From contig NW_018480048.1 in assembly GCF_002113885.1 (NCBI RefSeq), positions 303,779 to 367,778 of the forward strand: 64,000 bases of DNA, given 5' to 3'. Under the pieces are notes generated by a model that ran no database searches, was not told the DNA's origin, and was given only the letters and a program-made list of their open reading frames with translations. Within the stretch, counting starts at the first letter, position 1. Each line of letters opens with the position of its first letter. Both the position numbers and the translations under genes were made by a program. This document shows positions 35,510 through 48,692 of this stretch, in pieces. Source of the DNA: Mizuhopecten yessoensis. Lineage: Eukaryota.

Positions 35510-37292
35510 AGCATTCGATAGGGTATGGCATAAAGGACTTCTATATAAACTTAAAAGATATGGTATCTCTGTTTATCTCTTTAAATGGTGAAAGTTATTT
35601 ATCTGACAGAAAACAACGTGTTATTTTTGAAGGTTATGCTTCTAATTTTAAATCAATTTCTGCTGGTGTTCCACAAGGTTCTGTTCTTGGTCCCTTTTTA
35701 TTTCTTTTATTCAATAATGATATTACTCATGAAACTAACACCAATGTAAAACTTTTTGCTGTTGATACCTCTCCTTATGTAACTGTTGACAAAGATGTAA
35801 CTTCTCCAGCTGAAGAACTTAACGACGATCTTGATATCCATTAATATTTGGGCTAAATTCTGGAAAATTAATGTTAATCCTCAAAAAACTATTGCATTAA
35901 ATGTAACTAGGAAAAACAGACAGCATCCCTTACTTATTTTTGATAATCGGATAATTCATGAAAATAACTCTCATAAATATCTTGGCGTAATATTTAATTC
36001 TAATGGTTCTTGGGGTGACCATGTTTAATATATTTATGATAAATCATGTAAAATATTAAATATTCTGCGTATGCTAAAACATAAAACTGATAGGAAATCT
36101 TCAGAATTACTATATCTCTCCTGTATTCGTCGTATTTTAAATATACGCCTCCTCTGTCTGGGACCACTGTAACATTTGGGATGAAAAACTACTTGAATTT
36201 GCTCAAATTGAAGCTATGAAAACTGGCCTAAGAAGTGGTACATCTCACCATAAATTATACTATGACATAAGGTTTTGAAAAATTAAAAGATCGGCGGAAT
36301 AAGCATAAACTAGTCTTAATGTATAAAATCCTCACGCCTGATTATTTATTTGATATCATTGAACCTTATATCAATATACAAGTAAATCACCATTTACGGG
36401 CAAATACATTTTGTAACGTTCCTCAATCTAGAACTTGCATCTACAACGGTAGTTTCTTTCCTGATGTCATGCATGCCTATGGAACAATCTCGATCATTCT
36501 GTCATTTCTTCTTTGACTATCATTCTTTTAAAAAGAACATTTCTGAAGACTTCATCACCTGTAATCCAAGAAAACTAAATATGTAATTGTGTAAATTACG
36601 TAATAATGCTAGCAATTTAAATTTGGATAAATTCAATGATCACTTGATAATTGATCCATTTTGCTCTTGTGGCGCATCTTGTGAAAAGGCTGAACACTAT
36701 TTCTTCTATACAAACTAGACATTTCATAACTGACATCGCTAATCATTTTGGATATTCATCTGTTGATCTACTTACATCTAGTTACGCTTATATATCTACT
36801 GATGATAATTAATTCATTCTCTCAAAGGTTCAAAATTACATTTCTGCTGCTACTAACAGATTTAATTAGAAAATTAGGGCTGTTGTCATTGCCTTTTATA
36901 ATTTCTTTTTCTTTTCTTTTAAGCTATCTATATTAGTGTGTGCGTGAGCGTGTGTTGGTGTGTGTGTTTGTGTGTGCGAATACGTATTTATAAAAGGGTG
37001 TGTACGTGTGTGGGAGTGTGGTCTGAGTGTACAAACATATATATAATACGCTAAGAAAGTATTTTATTAGTTATCAAATGTCATCAATTTTTTTCTTTCT
37101 TTCTTATAATTATAACTTGGTTGAATGTTCTAGCCTATATGTTTGTAAGTGTATATGAGTGTGTCTTGTTGTGCTATGTATAAAATGAATGTTTTTTTGT
37201 CCATCTATACCGGTTAGGAGAAGACTTATATAGGCTAAGCCTGTTGTCTAATCCTTTTGTTCTATTTTTTTGTCCAATAAATTTGTTGAAAT
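35510..37292 (+). mobile_element. Degenerate 5'-truncated CR1-like LINE
   Basis: AFDRVWHKGLLYKL, SAGVPQGSVLGPFLFLLF, KLFAVDT (decayed FADD), HKYLGVIF. Many frameshifts; (TG)n in the 3' UTR; ends near ccaataaa ~37272. Confidence 0.85.
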
Positions 37293-38566
37293 CGTAAATG
37301 TTTATACAGGCCTTGCAAGGCCATGTCAAGGCTCGCCTGAAAGCAGCATCATATTACTGCATGGGTTCGACCTTAGATCATAAACAAACAACTCTGGTCC
37401 AACCAGTTCAACCGTTTGGATGGCGATATTGAAAGCGGCCCAAGATGTATAATATATTACACAATGTTAGATTGATATCTGAATATCACAGTTCAAATGA
37501 AAGTTTCAAACTAATTATTTAATAAACTTTACTTTATTTAAAAAAAAAAAACCCTGTCTTTCTTTATTTGAGTTTCATTGTCGTTATTCCAATGAAAGTT
37601 TTTACATAATTATTTGATGATCTAAGCTCCTTTCACGTATCTGGTTCAACCAGTTGAACATGGAAGATAACGACAGACGCAGTTCTGGACCGAGGCTGAC
37701 CTCTGGAATATTCGGCACGTGTGGATTGCGGGGACCAGGCGCGACTGACCGAAACTAAAATGCTGACTATTGCCAGTTTTCGTTATTTCTTTATATAACA
37801 AGGTAAATTTACATGTAGATTTTAAGACACATTATAGAATTTTGTAGGCGCATGAAAGAATGACATATTATTCTTGATATATTGTTATTTATTCTCTGCC
37901 CAAGTGCGTTTGTTTATCATGGAATGCGTTTGTTTATCATGGAATATTTCTGCACCACATCAAGCGTTTCAACGGGGATACGTGAATGCAACCCTATACT
38001 GAGATTTCTATAAAACCTATCTATCACTATATATGAGTTGCCTCCCTTCCTATGGAATCTCTCCTATTGTCATCCTATGGGCCAAATGAAATTGAGATGA
38101 GACGCAGGTGGATTTCATTAAAATGAAAACTAAGCTATTATCTTTGTATGGAATAAAAATTCAACTGATTCCAGTCAAATTTGTACTTGGCCTTCAACAT
38201 TGTACATAAAATTTACATGCTTACATTAAATTTTACATTAAACTTCAACAAAATTAGATGGTATCTTAGCAAACTATTGTGAGAAAAAATGAAACATGGA
38301 TGAATGGATGGATGGACTAGGTAGGAGGATCACCGGTAAGGGTCACTAACTAGAACTTTTGTCAAATAACTTATTTCACCTGCATGAATCTCATATCATA
38401 ACAATCTTAAAGTATAAATGGTGTCTAGACCTCGATGAACAGTAAGTAATATACACCAGTAACTGTTGGTCCAGTAGCTGACTAATTCCCCCTGCATCAA
38501 CACCCACCTACAATGAATAGGATTAAGGTGCAGTAATTGTTAGATAAGAACAGGGACTGCCAAATT

Positions 38567-40180
38567 GAACAAGAGGCCCAGAGGGCCTGTATCGCTCACC
38601 TGGATACCTAAGCAATCATGGCAAAATATTCTCCAAATGAAATCAAGGGAATATGCCAGAACCAAAGGCCAATCCTTGTAGCATATCAGTGTTAGATTTT
38701 TCATGCCCAGCAATTTCATGTATGGTTATTAGGTGGGGATCTCAACTGTTTCCAAGCTTTGACTCAGAAACTAGGTCCCTAGGGTTGTGGCCAGACCACA
38801 GGATCAATTCTAAAATTGTGACTGCATTCGTCTCTTTATGCCCAAAAATTGTATATATAGTTTTGGGGTGGGGATCTTAACCATTTCAAAGTTATGACCT
38901 AGGGGTTAAGTCTCCAAGGGTTAAGTCTCCAAGGGTGGGACAGTCCCCAAGGCCATCCTGGAAGCATATGTGCAATCATCTCTTTATACTCAGCAATTGT
39001 ATATAGGGTTATAGGGTGGGCCTCTCAACTGTTTCCAAGCTTTGACTCAGAAACTAGATCCCTAGGGTTGTGGCCAGACCCCATGGTCTATTCTGATATC
39101 ATGACTGCATTCGTCTCTTTATGCCCAGCATTTGTATATATAGTTTTGGGGTGGGGATCTCAACAGTTTTAAAGTTATGGCCCAGGGACTATGTCTCCAA
39201 GGGTGGGGCCAGACCCTAGAGCCATCCTGGAAGCAAATGTGCATTCTTCTCTTTATACTCAGCAATTGTATACCATGGTTATATGGTGGGGATCACAACA
39301 ATTTCAAAGTAATACACTTTTTTTTGGCCCCAACACTTAGCCCGGGAGGTCCGCAGCACCATTTGTACAATTTGGAATCCCTGCCTCCCATGAATGCTTC
39401 CGACCAAATATGATCAATATCCATGGAATAGTTCTACAGAAAAGGTTGTTTTTAGCAATATAGCCAAATTGCCCACTTTTGGCCCCGTCCTCAGCTCCCT
39501 GGGGGTCAGCCCCACCATTTGTACAATTTTGAATCACCACCACCTAGGGATGCTTCCAGTCAAATTTGGTTGATATCCACTCCTTAGTTCCAGAGAAGAA
39601 GTCGCTTAAAGCAATTTAGCCAAATACCCTTTTTGGCCCCCACCCCTCAGCCCCACCATTTGTACAATTTTGAATCCCTGCCTCACAAGAATGCTTTTGA
39701 TCAAATATGATTGATATCCAGTGCACAGTTCTACAGAAGAAGTCGTTTGTAGCAATATAGCCAAATTGCCCCCTTTTGGCCCTGCCCCTCAGCCCCCTGG
39801 GGGGTCAGCCTAACCATTTGTACAATTTTGAATTTCCACCAACTAGGGATGCTTCCATTCAAATATGGTTGATATCTATCTCTTAGTTCCAGAGAAGAAG
39901 TTGCTTAAAGCAATATATCCAAATTGACCCCTCTTTCCCCCCCCCCCNNNNNNNNNNNNNNNNNNNNNNNNNNNNNNNNNNNNNNNNNNNNNNNNCCCTT
40001 CAGCCCCCTGGGGGGTCAGCCCCACCATTTGTACAATTTTGAATCCCCACCACCTAGGGATGCTTCCAGTCAAATTTAGTTGAATTCTAATAAGTGGTTA
40101 AGAAGAAGTCGTTCAAAGAAATTGTGGACGCATGGATAGACGGATGACAGACGCAATGATATGGCATACTGTAAGCTAAT
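38567..40180 (+). mobile_element. HINE/Helentron-like non-autonomous element with internal tandem repeats
   Basis: Starts aacaagaggcccagagggcctgtatcgctcacctgg. Two families of ~160-190-bp internal repeats; ends with ggacg/gacgg microsatellite; contains gap 39948-39995. Confidence 0.7.
39948..39995. other. Assembly gap (48 N)
   Basis: Run of N after a poly-C tract. Confidence 1.
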
Positions 40181-40269
40181 AATACAATTTAAGGATGTAC
40201 ACCTCTAAAAAATATCAATCATGTCTAGTTTTCCATGTTGATGCAATTTATTTTAATCATATGAAAGAT

Positions 40270-42335
40270 AAACAAGGGGCCAAATGGGACTGCATCACTC
40301 ACCTGGTATTAATCTCACGCTTGTAACCTTAAAAGTAGACTAAAATACAGCTACAGGCAGAATATCAGTGTTTTATTCACAAGAACCTATTAAAAGAATT
40401 AAACATGAAGCATGTGTCCTTGAATGTCGAACAAGGACATTAGGTTGAAAATGGGTCAAGGTCATTCATTTGAACAAACTTGGTAGACCTTCATCACAGC
40501 ATGCTACAGGCCCAATATCAGTACCCTGGGCTATTTGGTTATAAAGAAGAAGTTGTTTGAAGATTTTAAGACATTTGACCCCTGTGACCTTCAAAGTTAG
40601 TCAAGGTCATTCATTTGAACAAACTTGGTAGCCCTTCATTTACAGCTTGCTACAGGCCAAATAGCATCATCCTAGGGTTTTCGGTTATTGAGAAGAAGTT
40701 GTTTAAAGGTTTTTAACATATTTGACCCCTGTGACCTTGAATATATATATAAGTCATTCATTTGCACAAATTTGGTAGCCCTTCATCCTAGCATGTTACT
40801 GGCCAAATATCATTATCCTAAGTCTCGTAGTGATTCAGAAGAATTTGTTTAAAGACTTTTTAAGACAATTGACCCGTGTGAATTCGAAAATGGATGAAGG
40901 TCATTCATTTCAACAAACTTGGAAGCCCTTCATCACAGCATGCTACAGGCCCAATATCAGTACCCTGGGCTATTTGGTCATTGAGAAGAAGTTGTTTGAA
41001 GATTTTAAGACATTTGACCCCTGTGACCTTCAAAGTTAGTCAAGGTCATTCATTTGAACAAACTTGGTAGCCCTTTATCACAGCATGCTACTGGCCAAAT
41101 AGCATCATCCTAGGGTTTTTGGTTATTGAGAAGAAGTTGTTTAAAGTTTTTAACATATTTGACCCCTGTGACCTTGAATATATATAAAAGTCATTCATTT
41201 GAACGAACTTGGTAGACCTTCATTCTAGCATGTTACTGGCCATATACCATTATCCTATGCCTCTTAGTTATTGAGCATGGAACTTTCGGTTATTCAGAAG
41301 AGGTTGTTAAAAGTTTTTAACAAATTTGACCCCTGTGACCTTGAAAATAGGTGAAGGTCGTTTATTTTAACAAACTTGGTAGTCCTTCATCCCAGTTTGC
41401 TTCTGGCCAAATTTCATCATCATAGGCCTTTTGGTTTTTGAGACCTGTTACACAAGATCAAAACAAGACTTGAACGTGATTGAAACCTCAGAAGAGTACA
41501 TCCTTAAAACAACAAGAGGCCCAATGGGCCTGCATCGCTCACCTGGTATAAAACTCACACTTGTAACCTTAAAAGTGATCTAAAATAAAGCTACAGGCAA
41601 AATATCAGTATTTATGATTAAAATTCGTTCAAAAGACCCTGTTAATTTTTTTTAAAATATTTCACCCCTGTGATTGAAAGTCGAACAAAGTCATTATGTT
41701 GAACACATTGTATAGCCTTTCATCTCAGGATGAAACTTGCAAAGTATACACATCCTGGGACCCATGGTTATTCATAAGAGGTTGTTTAAAGATTTTAAAC
41801 AAATTTGACTCCTGTGACCTTGAATATAAGTCAAAGTCATTCACTTTAACAAACATAGTAGTCCTTGATCCCAGCATATGCTACTAACTAAATATCAACA
41901 TCCTGAGCCTTTTGGTTATTCAGAACAAGTTGTTGAAATATTTTAAACATATTTGCTCCTTGTGACCTTGAATATGATTCAAGGTCATACATTTAAACAA
42001 ACTTGGTAGCCCTTGATCCTAGTATGCTACTGACAAAATATCATCACCCAGGGCATTTTGGTTATTCAGGAGAAGTTGTTTAAAGTTTTTAACATATTTG
42101 ACCCCTGTGACCTTGAAAATAGATGAAGGCCATTTATTTGAACAAACTTGGTAGCCCTTCATCCCAGTTTGCTTCTGGCCAAATATCATCACCCTAGGCC
42201 TTTCGGTTATTAAGAAGAAGTCGTTTAAAGTAAAATATTGACGCCGGACGATGGACGGACGGACGGACGTACGTACGACGGACGACGCACCACGGCATAA
42301 GCTCACTTGGCACTTCGTGCCAGGTGAGCTAAAAA
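40270..42335 (+). mobile_element. Two adjacent HINE/Helentron-like elements with ~160-bp satellite cores
   Basis: Heads aacaagNggcc..gggNctgcatc(a/g)ctcacctgg at ~40271 and ~41511. Cores gaccttgaa..caaggtcattcatttgaacaaacttggtagcccttcat. (GACG)n and terminal hairpin agctcacttggcac-ttc-gtgccaggtgagct at ~42299-42330. Confidence 0.8.
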
Positions 42336-43542
42336 CTTCCCAGAGGGATTTTGGCACCAGCCATTGTAAGCTCTTTACTTGTTTTATGTCAGTTTGATTT
42401 ATTCAAATTAATAGTACTGGCAACAATAAAATCATCTTCTAGTAACTTTTGAGTGAAATTTCACAGTGCTGGGTTGACAGTGTCGTCCTTTCAAAGTTAG
42501 CATATTGTTTGACCAATTTATGCGTAAAAGGTTAAACGAGAGAAATTTCTGTTTTCTGGCAGGCATCTATTTTTTTCTGATCAAGCAGCTCGAAACTCAA
42601 AATGAAACATGGAAAACTATTGAACAAGAAAAGCTGACTTACACAAGGAAACATACATATGAAATTTGAGGTAGATCTGTCAAATATTTCAGAAATAGCA
42701 ATAACAAACTTTAACCGTCAAAATCCAAGATGGCTGCCTGGTGGTCTTTTTGTTATCATGATAATTCTCAATATAAAACCTGCAAAGCTAAGGGCGAAAA
42801 CAAAACCTTCATATGAAATTTTAGAATGGTGTCTTAAGGTCTTTTGGAGAAATAGGGATAAACAATTTCAGCTGACAGAACAACCCACCATCTAATAATG
42901 ACGGGATAACGAAGGATCAACATTCACATACAGGATCACAATATTAAGGGCTACATGTATAACACTTAAATCAGGGTCTGAACCAACACAATAGTTTCAC
43001 CTGATATATAAGATACTTGCAAAATTTTGATGAAAACCGTCCTTTATTTTAGGAGAAGTAAACTGGAAAATGCTTTGTTAGAATAAGTGAACAATGGCTA
43101 TAACTTGCCTAAAAGCAATGCAAAGGTCATACAGGTTACACATGTGATAAAAAAGATTATGTGAAAGGTAAAATGTGTTTACATCTGTGCAGTTATTACG
43201 AGGAACATTTTGGAAAAAAAAGCTGTGTGTTGATCTCGGTATACTTCCAACTTCTTTATGGGTGAAACAAAAAAGGAGAACACAGTCTGGAAACAATTTT
43301 TCACAGTTTTACTGAAACACACATGAGAAGATAATGTACAACAAAATGTCCAACTCTTGGAACTTAAGTTGATACCAAATATGATCTGCAAAAAAACCCC
43401 AGTTCTATGTACACAGTCACTGTATCCGCCTGTAAAAACTTTAATGTATGTTGAATTTTGTTGCCCTGTAATCATTTTTCCCATGTTCTAATTTTACAAA
43501 TCCATGTTACGATGGCATATAACATTCATGGAAGGTGGCCTT

Positions 43543-46500
43543 TCATTTATGCTCCAAGTTAGTGGGTGTTTTCCAGCGCCTACCACCGAGCACATATAAC
43601 TGTTTCCCTGTAGGTGCCTTGATTATTTCTTGAAAACCTGGCAAAGTTGTTAACTGGGATGCCAACACTCCGGCCACTCCGAGCCAAATACTCCTTTGTG
43701 CTATCTTGAGAAGACTTTTGTCTGTAAAAATACAAAAAAAAACCAATCAAAGCTTTTTTTCAGAAACAATCCATCACATTAAAGAAGATTGGTTACCACT
43801 AGGCACCTTAAAAAAAAAGAAGAAAAAAGGTAAAGAAAGCTTTTGAATAATAATACATAATCATGAAACCGTTCTCATCCTCAAGCATGAATTCTGTGCT
43901 CAAATCAACTTTCTTGTTGCTCACTTAAATCATGGCAAATGATCAAAAAGTCAAATGTAAACACTGAAAACAGTTTTGGCTTTAAATCTTTTTGATGTTT
44001 TCCCTTATCATTAGAAGTATGTCAAGGTCATTTCCATTTGCAAAGTTCATCGGTCTCCATCCCAGTAGGCTTCCAGCCAAACATTAAGGCATATGATTCA
44101 CATGGTAACAACATTAACATTAGTGAATGAAAATAAAACTGTAAGAGAATATGTCCCAAAAGGATTTGAACCCTATTAACAGCTGAATTAAACAAGAGCT
44201 GTTGGAGAACAGCATAGCTCGCGTATTGGTGATATATGTTGTGAGATAGCAAATATCAATAGAAACACATATACAGTAAAACCTTGATATAATGCCTATC
44301 ATTTCATTTGCCACCTCACTTACTGCCAAATTTCCCTGAATTTATTGCCAAACCCCTTAATGATGCCAACATTTCTTTAAACAAATGATAGCAATATAAC
44401 AAGGTTTTGCTGTGCCTTAACATGTAAGATAGAAAAGATGAGAAGCTAACGTGAAATAGTCAACAGTGTATTGATGGTGGTGACCGATCCAACACTGCAC
44501 AAAAAACTTTTACCAAGTCCAACTAACCAGTTTTGGCCTCTAAAATTATGAAAATACAATTCACAACATTGGTTACACTCCATATAAATACCCAAACTTT
44601 ATAATAGACAACAGCCTATGGGGGTGATCCAACACTTCACAAAAAAAATTGCCAAAAACTTTAACCAAGTCAAATTCAGCTGTTTTTGGCCCCTAAAATA
44701 TGAAAAAATGGTCCAGCACCTTGCTTACACTCAATATAAATACTTCAACCTTATAACAGACAACAGCCTATTGATGGTGGTTGTCTAACACTTCACAAAA
44801 AATCTTGCCCCAATACTTTAACTTGAGCTCAAGCTTGCCCCAAAACTTTAACCAAGTCCAATTAAGCTGTTTTTGGACCCTTAAATATGAAAATATTCCA
44901 GCACATTGCTTACACTCGATATAAATGCCTGAACCTCATAATAGACAACTGTGTATTGAGCGTGATGATCCAACAGTGTCTGGAAAAAACTTGTCCAAAA
45001 ACTTTAACCTCGGAAGGTGGGACACCGACCCCAGGGTGATTACATTAGCCCCCCTATTCTCCGAATAGGCAAGCTAAAAAGCAAGTGGAAGCTCACAACC
45101 TCAGAGTACAGTTACTAGTACTGACAATATGACTGGAGTTAAATAAGAATGAAAATTGAAGTTGGAGTTATCTGAACAATAGTCAGTCCACAGACAACTT
45201 GATTCCAGTATACTTCCCCTCCACTTTGTTAGGGTTGAGAAACTTCAGTTTAGTTACCATATTTATATAATCTTAAAAGAGAACTTGTCCAAGGAAATGT
45301 CTAACCAAGGGTTGAGAAACTTCGGTTTTAATAGTTGCCGTATTTATATAGTGTGATACCCTTAACCAACATTCTGTTCAGGCATCAGATAATTAGGCGA
45401 AGATAAAAGGCATTTTGTACACTTACGCTTGAATCCTAGGATAGCACCAGCAGCTGCACCTCCAAAGGCGTGATTGTGTGCTTCAGATTTGCCTCTAACT
45501 TGAGCAGCATAGCTTGTTACATACACAAAGGTAGCTGCTGCTACAACTGATACAAACAATCATCATGTTTTTTCTAATGACATTTCTGGAATATTTTTTT
45601 ATTTTTTTCCAAATTTTGAATTAAAGAGGCCTACAGGTAATAAAAGTTCAGATTAATTTTAAATTTCATACCTTATACGTTTATCAAAAGAATATAAGAA
45701 ATATAATATAAGCTGTAGCAAGAACTTATTCCATCTTTTGTATTGCAGAGTTATGTGAGAAAATGATGTTGTTTTCTCAAAAAATGATAACCTTACTCTC
45801 ACAAACAAATGACGTAACAATCAATACCTGTTATCAAGAGCAGATAACTCTGCAATACAAAAACACAGAGTAAGCACCCAGGAGTGGGCAAGATGTGTGT
45901 ATTTATTTCTTCATGTCCAACAATGACCAATACCCCATTACCAAAGTATGGTATAATGGGGTAAGGATCTGATAGGTTAGGTACAAGGCCAGATCCTGGG
46001 GCTAATTCTACTAACAAGAGAATACTGTATAACGGAAAAAGAGGAATTGTGTAGAGTAACTCATTACATAACATGTAACAGAATTTCTAAATGAGACTGC
46101 AGGGCTGAAGGTAGTATTAATTGTGAAAGATATTTGAGACTTACTGTTCGGACCAAGAACAGCGCCAAATACTCCAAGTTTAGGAATCAAACCTAAAGAT
46201 GTCGCAGCTGTCGGACCAAGAGATGCTCTAAACAGGCCAGAAGTCACTCCTGAAATGAAATAATGTCAGGATAATTGTTCTTATTAGCCATTGTAACTGC
46301 ACTCCCATTCACCATTACTTCATATAAACCAAAATCATTGCCTGCCACATTGATATGGCTTATTCTTTAAAAGAAATAAAAAATATGAATGACATGTTAA
46401 CAAAAAAATCCTGAAAATAAAATAAAAACACCTACTATAGGCTGCCTGAAAGGACAAGAGATCCCAGATGGAGCTAGGCGCCCACCATTGTACCATCTTC

Positions 46501-48468
46501 ATTAGTTCCATGTCAGTTTGATCTTTTCTCTTCTTTCCCTAATCTGATCAGTTTGCCTGTCCACCATCTTTTGGGGAGGTTTAGATGAATTTCGGTAAAA
46601 ATGCCACCCCCAATGATGATAATCTACGAGATGGGTGGAAAGCTCTCGATGTCAAATAATCTACCCCATCTAACTTTCTTGCATCAAATATCACATTTCT
46701 ATTTGTTGTACGAAAAAATGCTTGGTACCGTTGGAATGATGGATATGCATGCGCACATCAAATGTATTCTCCTTTTCCTCCAGAAACAAACGCCATTTCC
46801 AAGTTTTAAAGTTTTTCGCAGTCATCAGGCAACTTTTTGCCACATTCGAGAGGTTAACGTCTGCCACGTGCTGAACATTCGGTGTCATTAGCTGGCTATT
46901 CTAGGGGAGGAATGGCTGCGCTTTTCGGAACATTATTTAAATGTATGATCCACAGAAGAAAAGCGTAGCATTGACAATGCCCCAGGGGTAACAAGGGAGT
47001 GAGGTTCTAAAAGGGTTTGTGTCATTTTTAAAAGAAAAAAACATTGATGAACAAATAACAGAATAGATAAACTTTGGAAGAATGAAGAACTTAATTATAA
47101 ATATAGGGCAAATGTAATTAACAGTGAACTTTCAATTTATATTACACAATTGTTTAATTTTTTGCGTCCAGTGTAGGGGAGCTCTATTGGCTCCTGTATT
47201 GGAAACTAACTTGACCTTTATATTGTAACAGGAAAGAGAATAGTGTGCTTCCACCGGGGATCGAACCCTTGATCTGCAGGTCCCTAGTTGGACGCTAAAC
47301 CACTGAGCGAAAGGGAAATTCCCACTAGTTCGAAGCTAGAAGGCGACCTTAATCCTATGTACAATTGAAACCTGCCACACTATTCCCCCTCTTTTAAATG
47401 TGTTCGCCCTCAAACACCACAACCCAGGTTCTAACTGCCTGTCACCTACACAGGGAGGGCCATGCATGGACACCATTTGTAACAGGAAAGGGAATAGTGT
47501 GCTTCCACCGGAGACAGAACCCTCAATCTCCAGGTTCCTAGTTGGACGCTCTCTCACTGAGCTATTCGGAAATTCCCTCTAGCTCGAAGCTAGAAGGCGA
47601 CTTTTATCCTATGTACAATTAAAACCTGCCACACCAGGTCCAGGACACTCTGCCGATTGAGCTATATAGCTGTAAAGACCTATAATAGCTCTATTGACCT
47701 ATCTGAAATAGGTCTTTTGAGCTATTTTTTGAGTAATTTTCTTTTTTAAGGAAAACAAAACCAAGTCGCTTTTAAAAGAAGATTGTATCATTAGGTGGAT
47801 AACAAAAGGCAGTAAATATAAGGATTCTTTTTAAAAAATAATGATGTAAAAAAATCGGAAATTTTACATTTATGAAGAATGAAAATAAACATCTAACTGT
47901 ATGCTTTTTGTAGTCAACATTACCATAAACCTTATTGCTTAATGCGACTTTGCTTTAATTTAATGAAAATTGAAATCTGAGAAAATATAGCTCAATACAG
48001 CTATAATGTATAGGTGTATATAGCTATATAGGTCTTTATAGCTATATAGCTCAATCGGCAGAGTGTACTGGACCTGCACACTATAACAGGTTTGTGTTAG
48101 AAGAAATACTGTACAGTAACCATCTAAGTCCAACGATACTCAGCATTTATTGTATGTCCACTAGAAATGTGATTTTTGATGCAAGTTATTAAAGTAGGAT
48201 TGATTTTTATATTACTTTTACTTGAATCAGTTATGGTCCAAACACAGCTAAATCATAACAAAATCTCAGGTCCCTGTGCTAAACATGCTCAAGGTCACGA
48301 CAACATACCGATGGCAGAAGCGTAAACTACAGCTGTCGTAGCCTTTTCTTCTGTCCTTTCTCCATCTGGAACAGTCCAGATTATATGCCAGTCCTTTTCC
48401 CAATTTCTCTTCGAAATAAATTCTTTTAAAGTATTTGGGTCTTCGGATTGTTTTTCCTCTCCCTCCAT
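43543..48468 (-). CDS. NDUFA11: NADH dehydrogenase (ubiquinone) 1 alpha subcomplex subunit 11 (Tim17/22/23 fold), 187 aa
   Basis: Exons (minus): 48468-48309, 46249-46145, 45546-45427, 43721-43543 (TGA), all phase-1 junctions. WTVPDGERTEEKATTAVVYASAIG and AAQVRGKSEAHNHAFGGAAAGAILG resemble recalled human YWDIPDGTDCHRKAYST..SVAG and [28 protein letters not shown] at ~43048. Confidence 0.8.
44191..45080 (+). mobile_element. HINE-like element with ~150-bp internal repeats
   Basis: Head aacaagagctgttggagaacagc; repeated ataatagacaacagcctat..gatccaacacttcacaaaaa..ctttaaccaagtc; terminal hairpin ttagcc..cctattctccgaataggcaagctaa. Confidence 0.6.
47224..47633 (-). mobile_element. Second full copy of the tRNA-LTR TRIM
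   Basis: LTRs 47224-47379 and 47478-47633, same PBS (TGGTGTCC) and PPT as 7536-7941. Confidence 0.9.
47635..48076. mobile_element. 442-bp MITE
   Basis: TIR caggtccag(g/t)acactctgccgattgagctatatagct...; CACAC on both flanks. A further TIR fragment lies at ~48944. Confidence 0.85.
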
Positions 48469-48692
48469 GTTGTGTACTCAGTAAGGGCCGATCAGTAACA
48501 CGCTTAGTTTGAGTGCTTTTGTTGACGTTATAGACAAGTCCTGAAAAGAGGCAGATTTGAAACCGGAAGTAAATAAATACACGTCAGTGTAGCTCAGTGT
48601 ATCGTCATATATATAATCGAGAAAATGACATTGAATCATTTTCCAGAAAATTTGCATTCAAGAAGTTAGAACTATCGCTTTCCATTGTAAGT
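48469..48692. promoter_or_regulatory. Probable bidirectional promoter NDUFA11 / SARAF with SARAF non-coding first exon
   Basis: ETS motif ccggaagt at 48563-48570, CRE half-sites, TATA-like tatatataa ~48608, plus-strand donor GTAAGT at 48687. SARAF exon 53512-53672 begins with an acceptor, so an upstream exon is needed. Confidence 0.55.

Noticed and set aside
46145-46225. Internal repeat tcggaccaaga twice in NDUFA11 exon 2
   Set aside because: 11-bp match encoding LGP twice; too short to support a duplication.
46601-46891. Overlapping ORFs in NDUFA11 intron 1
   Set aside because: No recognisable homology or splice-phase fit; they follow a HINE-like head, so they are likely repeat-internal.
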